DNA of 64,000 bases from a virus. Its lineage: Duplodnaviria > Caudoviricetes. Of the stretch, positions 56,554 through 64,000 are shown piece after piece; position 1 is the first letter of the stretch; each line of letters starts with the position of its first letter. A program made the position numbers and the translations under genes. The notes beneath the pieces are model-generated. The model was given only the letters and a program-made list of their open reading frames with translations. It was not told the origin of the DNA and searched no databases. The stretch lies in IMG/VR virus record IMGVR_UViG_3300003155_000119, positions 1-64,000 of that record, one strand, 5' to 3'.

Positions 56554-57904
56554 TTTGCGTTTTAAGACATATATTCCTCCTGTAATAAAAGCAACTAATT
56601 TATACGTTACAGAAGAAAATATAAATCTAGGTAATGATAATTATATTCTTACTTATTACTTAGAACCAGAAGATGTTGACACGAAATCTATTGATTGGTA
56701 CTATTTGCCGAAGGATGGAAATTTAATTATTACCGCGTTAGATAATAATAGAATATCCATATATAGAGCGCCAACGATTTAGCCAAATACAACTTATACA
56801 CTAGTACTTCAAACAATAGACGGAAGTAATTTAGAAGATTCTGTTTCTATCTTTATAGAAGATACTACTGTCTATGTAAATAATATTACTTTTAGTCCAA
56901 GGTCTTTAGAAATTCCTGTGGGCGGTCAAGGGCAATTTGCTTTTACGGTACTGCCGTCTGACGCGACGAATCGCAATATAGAATTAAAAGTAACGAGCGC
57001 CGCAGGTGGGAATACTAGCGGAATAACAGTGTCAAAAGAATCAAGTATTGTGACCGTTTAGACGACAGACTCTGCGGAATTGGGCCAGTATACAATTACT
57101 GGAACCGCGTAGGACGGAAGCGGTGTTACTGGTTCTTGCTCTTTTACTATTGTTAAGGCAAGTAGTTCTGAGGAAGAGATAGAGGAGCATAGAAGCACAT
57201 GGCGCGGAACAGATTTATTATCTAGCGGACATTTTTCTGACATAGATGAAATTGCTGATGCTGTTGCGACAGGAGATTTTTCTGATATATGGGTTGGTGA
57301 TTATTTCACTATTAATGGGCCTATATTTAATAATAGCAGTATCTTAGGTTATGATGAGTATAATTTAGTTGTAATGGACATTAATACTATTTCTAGTTTG
57401 AGTTAGCCTCATCTTGTTTTAATGCCAGACCACATTATTGGAGTAACTAATTCATTATAGCCAAATAGATATAACTTATATGAAGCAGCTGTTTCCAATA
57501 TGCTGCAAGTTTATTCTCAGTCGTTGAAAGTCTATCTAGGAGAGAATAATTTAATTGATTTTACAGACAGGATGCCTACAGAAACTTAGTATTCAGCTAC
57601 CTTCCCTGGAATTACGCTACCAAGTGTAAAGAGTTTAACTAATTCTTATTCTAACGTGAATCCTCTTTCTATGAGTTCAGTATTTGTATCAGTCCTTCCA
57701 GGAATTTCATTAAGTAGTTCAGGAGCTGGACGACCTACTCTTTCAGCTTTAGCTTCCTATTAGGCTATTGCCATGTATGCGGTTAGTGATTTAAATAATA
57801 CGAATGAGTACTTAATTACGGTTATGAATAATGGATAGCTAATGTCTAATGCAATGTTTCAAAATATGTCTTTAGGTATTTGTCCATTATTAATTTTTGG
57901 TTGA
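56537..57904 (+). CDS. Ig-like (Big_2) repeat protein with a C-terminal C-type-lectin-fold-like domain (455 aa)
   Basis: TIDGSNL and TAQDGSGV Ig motifs; GDFSDIWVGDYF and terminal GICPLLIF resemble DUF6273/CLec domains. Confidence 0.65.
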
Positions 57905-57924
57905 TAGGAGGGATAATAAAGAAA

Positions 57925-58293
57925 ATGAGAATATATAATCCAATATACCCTTCCATTAAAGACAATTTAGAAGAATTATTTGGGAAGGCTCCTACCTCAA
58001 TTACTTTAACATCTTATTCCGCTTAGTATTCTATTGCGGATCAAGGTACTTGTAAAATAAAAGGGTACGTTTATCCACAAGACGCATTAAATTAGCAGGT
58101 GCTAATAACTTATACGTCTTAGAAAGAAGGTTCTGTCTTAACATATTCTATTAACTATGGAGAAGATTCTACAGGAAAATATTTTGAGATTTCTGTTTCG
58201 ACAACAATAGAAGATGTTTATAGTATAAGGGTTAAAGCAAAAGGGAATTCGTCTGTACAAGCAGATATTTTTACTTTGACCGCAGTTAGCTAA
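57925..58293 (+). CDS. Ig-like domain protein
   Basis: GGAGG SD; VYPQDALNQQV Big_2-like motif. Confidence 0.6.
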
Positions 58294-58495
58294 ATATCTA
58301 GTTCAGGATATTATCCAGTCCGACTATGAGGAAGGACCAGTCTGTCCTATAATTATATTTGGCTGATAGAAAAATAAAAAGGAAATATGTTAAAATTACT
58401 AGAGGATGGTCTAAAATAGATTATCCTCTTTTATCTTTTTTCAATATATTTATAATAATTTTTAAGAGTAGAGGAGGAGGAGGAGGTCTAGCAAG

Positions 58496-59056
58496 ATGAT
58501 AGACTTATTAGAAAAATATTCTATTACAGACATTATAATATTTTTAGTTTTTCTTGCTCTTGCCGCAAAAGAACTAATTACCTTCATAGAATGGTCAAAA
58601 AGTAAAATAAGAGAAGCAGGGTTAGAAGCCACAATGGATAAGAGAGAAGAAGAGAAATTAGATGGTTATGACGAAGCTATAAGAAAGAATAATTCAAGAA
58701 TAGTAAATTTAGAGAAGGAGTTAGAATCATTATCAGAAGAAGTAACTAAATTAGAAAAAGATTTTAATGAGCACTTAGATGAGACTAAAGAAATAAAAGA
58801 TAGTTTAAGTAGATTGAATACTAATATTTCTTTGCTCTTGGAATCTAATAGAGATATTATTAAAACTACTTTAACAGAAAAACATCATTATTATTGTTAT
58901 AGTAAAAAGTGGATTGATGACTACAGTCTTGAATGTTGCGAAAAATTATTTCAACATTATAAATAGGAAGGCGGGAACTCTTTTATTGAGCACTTCATGG
59001 AAGATTTAAGAAGTTTACCTACTTCTGAAGAAAAAAGGAGAGAAAAGGATGGCTAA
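58496..59056 (+). CDS. putative holin-like protein (N-terminal TM, coiled coil, YxxxGGN motif; 186 aa)
   Basis: Hydrophobic N-terminus; YK(TAG)EGGNSFIEHFMEDLRSLP C-terminus. Confidence 0.55.
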
Positions 59057-61670
59057 TTTAAATATTACTTTATACCCACCACAAATACCCACATATCAGA
59101 ATGCTTTTGTTCTAACGTCTAAATGCCGCATTTATTTTTCTTTATCTATATACAATAGCTATAAAGATATATAGAATAATGCGCAAGTAACAGTATCGAA
59201 TTAGAATACGAATCAATCAGTTCTTTCTTTAACTAAGTATCCTAATGAAATAAAGTTATGTGATGTGAAAATAGATAATACTAAGAGTTCTGATAGATAT
59301 TATATAGAAATTGAGCCAGAAGACTTATAGAATGGCTTTTAGATAAATCAATATTATAAAGTTTAGATAAGATTCACTAGTGCGGATGCGCCGACTCCAC
59401 CAGATTCTGCGGCTATAAATAAATGGTTAGTTGATAACGTTGACTATTTTTCTGAATGGTCTACTGTATGTTTAGTTAGAGCTATCAGTTAGCCAATTTT
59501 AACTCTATAGAATCTTTCTTCTAGCTCAGGAGAGGAAGGCTCTAATGTCGCTATTACAACGAATACCTTGGATATAGTAGGTAGTTTAACTTTTCAAGAT
59601 TCACACGAGAGTGATTCACTAAGTAGTTATTAGATAAAACTATATGACGAAGATAATAATTTACTGACTGATAGTAGAATTATTTATACTAGTGCATACA
59701 ACAATCCAAATGAAATAAATTATACTTTAAAATATATTTTAGAAAACGGGTCTGCTTATACAGTAACTATTGATATTGCAACTAATAACTATTATTATTA
59801 GACTTTTACTTATAATATTATTGTTATTTAGACACATGAAAATCCATTAAATGCGTTAGTTGTTGCGGAAAATGAAAAAGAATCTGGCCGCATTAAATTG
59901 ACAATAGCTAGTACCACTACAGATACTTTCCAAGGTAGCGTCATTATAAGACGGACTTCTAATAGAAGTAATTTCACTATATGGGAAGATATTTATACGA
60001 GAGTTTATCCTACCAAAGAATTAATTAACTTTACTTGGTATGATTGCACTGTTGAGAGCGGAATCTGGTATAATTATTCAGTGCAGAAAAAAGACGTATC
60101 TGGACAAAGAGGGGAAGAGACGTACATCGAGAAACCGGTTTCAGCGTATTTCGAAGATATGTTCTTAAATGCGGAAAAACAATAGCTAAGAATAAGATAC
60201 AACCCCGCGGTCTCAACTATGCGGCAAAACGTATCTGAAGCCAGAGCCGAAACACTTGGTTCTTAGTATCCTATTATTAGACGAAATGGATATATTAACT
60301 ACCGTTCTTTAAATATTTCTGGACTAATTACTGCACTTGATGACTTTAAGGATATTTTTACAAGTAAAGAAGAATTGTATGGCAAGGAAGCAACATCTTT
60401 ATATGATGATTATAATGAGGAAGAAAGAATTACTGAATATAATGATTATATACTAGAGAGAGAATTTAGAGAAAAAGTAATTACTTTCTTATATAAAGAC
60501 AATATAAAATTGCTTAGAACACTTACAGAAGGCAACGTCTTAGTAAAATTAATGAATATTTCCTTAACTCCGCAAACTACTTTAGGAAGAATGATTTATT
60601 CCTTCTCAGCTGAGGTGTATGAAGTAGCAGAATGCTCTTTAGATAATTTTATCAACTATGGAATTATTGAAACAGAGGAAGATAATATAATATTTGAACA
60701 AGAGGAAGAAGAAACAGTTACGCGGAAAGAGGTACTTGGTTAGATTCAGGATACTATCTCCGCAGATACTAATATCGTTGAATTGATTAAAGAGAAACAC
60801 GAAACAGATGCGGTTTCAGTTGAGTTGATACAAGATATTAAGTTCTCCTTTTATGATGACCCGTATTAGATAAAAGAGGACCCGTCAGGTAATTTATTGC
60901 CCCTGGCCGCAACAGATGATTAGTCTTTGTCTATTGGTTTAGGCTATATCATTTATATAAATGGAGAGTCAATAATGGTAAGCGAGGACGGCGTATATTC
61001 TCTTATGGATTTAAATGAAATGTTGACGTCAGTTACTTTTCCTATTGATTCGTTTGTGTCTATTGACTACATTGCGGTCTTAGCTGAAGAAAAAAGTGTT
61101 GAACCAGAGAGTTAGATAACGAGTTCTATCTATTATTATAATGATATTGTTGGTCAAATCTGGGGAGGCTTTAACTACGGAGAATCTTTATATGAGTATA
61201 TTGAAGCTAAGTACGCATTCAATTATGATAACTATAACTAGAGATTAATCTATATAGGAGATATTTCAATAGAAGCAAATACTAATATGGTATTTTATAT
61301 ATAGACAGATGAAGAATCTACCCCTTTGCGCAATGTTATAAATGAAACAAATGTTTTAACTATTCAAGATAAAACTCTAAAAATAAGAGATATTTTATTT
61401 GGAGGTATTCATCTTGACAAAGAAACAGATAAAAATAAAGAACTTGTTAATTCAAATAAATATTATCAAGAAGATAAAGAATATAGTTCCTTGGCCGCAA
61501 TAGGATACCCCCAAGCCAACCATGTATATGTAGTTGATAATGAGAGATATATATGGTATAATGAAAATTGGGAAAATATAAATGAGAATGATGATGTAGA
61601 AATTCCTACTAGCGGTCTTATTGATTATTATTGTAGAATTGTAAGGGAGGTTTATTTATTGAATGAATGA
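59049..61670 (+). CDS. large structural (baseplate/distal-tail-like) protein (873 aa)
   Basis: Fragments 59898, 60375, 60927 and 61326 in frame with ATG 59049. Confidence 0.65.
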
Positions 61671-63711
61671 TAGACCTTATTTAAGAGATAAAAATTTTCT
61701 AAAGACAATAGACAGAATCTCTTTAAAAGAAGAATTTGCTAAAATAACTATACTAAATTGGCAAGAGCGCCCAATAGAAGACATACAAGGAAAAGTTAGT
61801 TCTGGTACTTTAAATATTAATGGTAATTCCTCCTTGCGCCGCACTTGCAATCTAACTATCTTAATTGACGAAAATAATTCAAATATTACTAGTGTAAAAA
61901 ATTCTTTGTCTATAAATAAAAAAATAAAATTAGACATTGGGATAAAAAACAATACTAGCCAGTATTCAGAGTATGACATTATATGGTTTTCTCTTGGGAC
62001 ATATATAATATCTAGTGTTTCAATTACAAATACAAATAGCTAGATAACCTCAGCATCTTTGCAACTGAAAGATAAAATGTGTTTATTAAATGGGGAATGT
62101 GGCGGGCTCCTTCCGGCGAGCGTTACATTTAGTTCTTATGATACTTTAGACGCCAATGGCGCATATCAAACAGAGCAGCCTACGATTTATACAATTATTA
62201 AATATGTTGTTAATTATTTTGGCGGAGAGTAGCTACCTAAAATTTTAATTAGTGATGTAGACGAGAGAGTTAGAAAAGTTATGAAATGGACTGGTTCTAA
62301 TCCTTTATATATTACTCAATACACTAGCACAACATCTGGTGTATAGTATGGAGCTACTACAGATAAAGAGCAGGTAGACGAAGCACTTGCCGCGGGAACG
62401 ATTGATTCTTATACAGAATATAAAAGCGGCCAAGATGTAGGATACATTTATACAGATTTTATTTATCCAGGAGAATTAATTGGAGACGCTGGAAATTCTG
62501 TCTGTGATATATTAGATAAGATAAAAAGCGCTTTGGGCAATTATGAATATTTTTATGATTTAGATGGGAATTTTATTTTTCAAGAGATAAAGAATTATTT
62601 AAATACATCTAAATCAACTACTGATTTGAATGACATGGAATAGAACAATTATTTAATAGATATTACAAAAGGAAAGTCTGTTTATACCTTTGATGATAGT
62701 TTCCTAATTTCCTCTTATTCAAATGCCCCTTAGTATAGTATGATTAAAAATGATTATATAGTGTGGGGGATGAGAGAAGATGCTACAACAGGAGCTACAT
62801 ACCCTATACGGTATCATTTAGCTATTGATACAAAACCCTAGACAGGTAATACTTACAAAGTGTTCTTTTATGATGACCCAGATGACGGAATACGAAAAGC
62901 AAAGCGGCCAATACAATTTTCTACTAGAAACGGATTTCCTGCTTAGGGCGCGGAAGATACATTTTATCTTGCTCTTGATACTAATATTGTATATAAATGG
63001 GATACTGAATAGAACACTTATGTGAGGTTCGCTACACAGACAAAAGATATAACAACTACTGATTGGCGGACAGAGCTTTATTTATCTGGAGCGCAGGCAG
63101 AAGGTTTTAGTTTAGATACAAACAATTATTATACTGAGTTAAATAATGAATGGCCTAAAATGTATGATATAGAGAACGGGGAATTTTATGAGGGATACGA
63201 GAAAGACCCCGCTTCTTTAGATTATTTTTTAGATTTTATAGATTCGTCTGCGGCAATAGGTGAACTTAGTATATCGAACATTGGGAAGCGTTCTAAAATA
63301 GTTGTAGACGAGGACATCAACTGCATATTTGAAAGAGAAATTCCTAATTTGGTAATGATAGATGCTAGTTAGGATTCTGCTATTGTAACGGAATAGAGAG
63401 AGGAAGCATAGCGCAAAGGGCAAGATTATATACAAGTCACTGGGGCTATTTACAACTTATTAGCTACTGGTGGGACTTAGAATTCTGCTTTTGAGCGGGT
63501 TAAGGAACTAATATATTAGTATACTAGTTATAACGAAAGTATTACTTTACAATGCTTACCTATATATTACTTAGATGTTAATTAGAGAATTACTGTTAAT
63601 GATTCAAAAAGTAATATCTATGGAGACTATATGATTAATTCGATTTCAATTCCTCTTAATATATCTAGTATGATGACAATATCTGCAACGAGAGCGTTAG
63701 AAAGATTTTAA
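61663..63711 (+). CDS. putative baseplate hub / tail protein (682 aa)
   Basis: G.LNING.S..RRTC.L, YEYFYDLDGNFIFQE and LPIYYLDVN motifs; fragments in frame. Confidence 0.65.
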
Positions 63712-63724
63712 GGAGGCAAATAAA

Positions 63725-64000
63725 GTGATTGGACAATTAAGAAGAAATAAAATAAATGATTATATATCTGATATAGATACTTCTTTTTCAGATAATATTA
63801 TTACAGGAAATTTTATTGCCGCAAAGCATTACTATATAAGCATTGATATAAACACAACAACTCAATAGGAGTAGAATATTTCAATAGTTTTAAAGAATTC
63901 TGAGAACGAACAACAAGAGCAAACAATAAAAAGAATGAAAATAATAAATGGAAATAATGAATCTATTGAAACGGTTTTCGTTCCTAATGCGGCATATGAT
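63725..64000 (+). CDS. hypothetical protein, truncated by the window edge
   Basis: AGGAGG SD, GTG start, open with TAG=Gln. Confidence 0.5.

Noticed and set aside
40127-63435. Minus-strand ORFs inside the TMP and tail genes
   Set aside because: Antisense to long continuous code-15 frames.
18900-64000. Mass pseudogenisation or a degraded prophage
   Set aside because: Nearly all interruptions are in-frame TAG at Gln-compatible positions or introns with intact cores; frames stay open for kilobases.
1-64000. tRNA (including an amber suppressor), rRNA or tmRNA
   Set aside because: No cloverleaf with T-loop and acceptor stem was recognised by eye; tRNAscan-SE or ARAGORN would be needed to exclude one.

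Overview
64-kb segment of a large, AT-rich tailed phage (siphovirus-like; Bacillota-type SD and sigma-A signals, likely a gut Clostridia host) that reads TAG as Gln (genetic code 15). This is why the supplied ORF track is fragmented; read through TAG, the fragments join into long genes ending in TAA/TGA. Layout: (i) 1.1-6.0 kb and 16.2-17.5 kb: six paralogous uncharacterised HTH-type genes, most preceded by their own inverted repeat, plus an array of further inverted repeats and an sso-like element at 17.1-17.7 kb. (ii) About 6.3-18.2 kb: an early/host-takeover region of small, almost TAG-free genes behind many consensus sigma-A promoters (DEDDh exonuclease, HAD phosphatase, orphan Panacea/SocA antitoxin, acidic proteins, a basic ArfA-like peptide), punctuated by eight AGTTAG-N6-CTAAC palindromes. 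(iii) 18.9-64 kb: the TAG-rich late module with a putative regulator, terminase, portal, protease/scaffold, major capsid, neck, tail tube, a 2921-aa tape measure, tail-tip/fibre, Ig/CBM proteins and a holin-like gene, with a recurring non-sigma-A promoter-like motif. Nine group I introns (three with homing endonucleases) interrupt the terminase (4), a neck gene (1) and the tail tube gene (4). No tRNA, rRNA, CRISPR array, integrase or reverse transcriptase was recognised. The best candidate for an undescribed system is the paralogous DNA-binding gene / cognate inverted-repeat cassette family. All calls are from manual reading; no database search was run.
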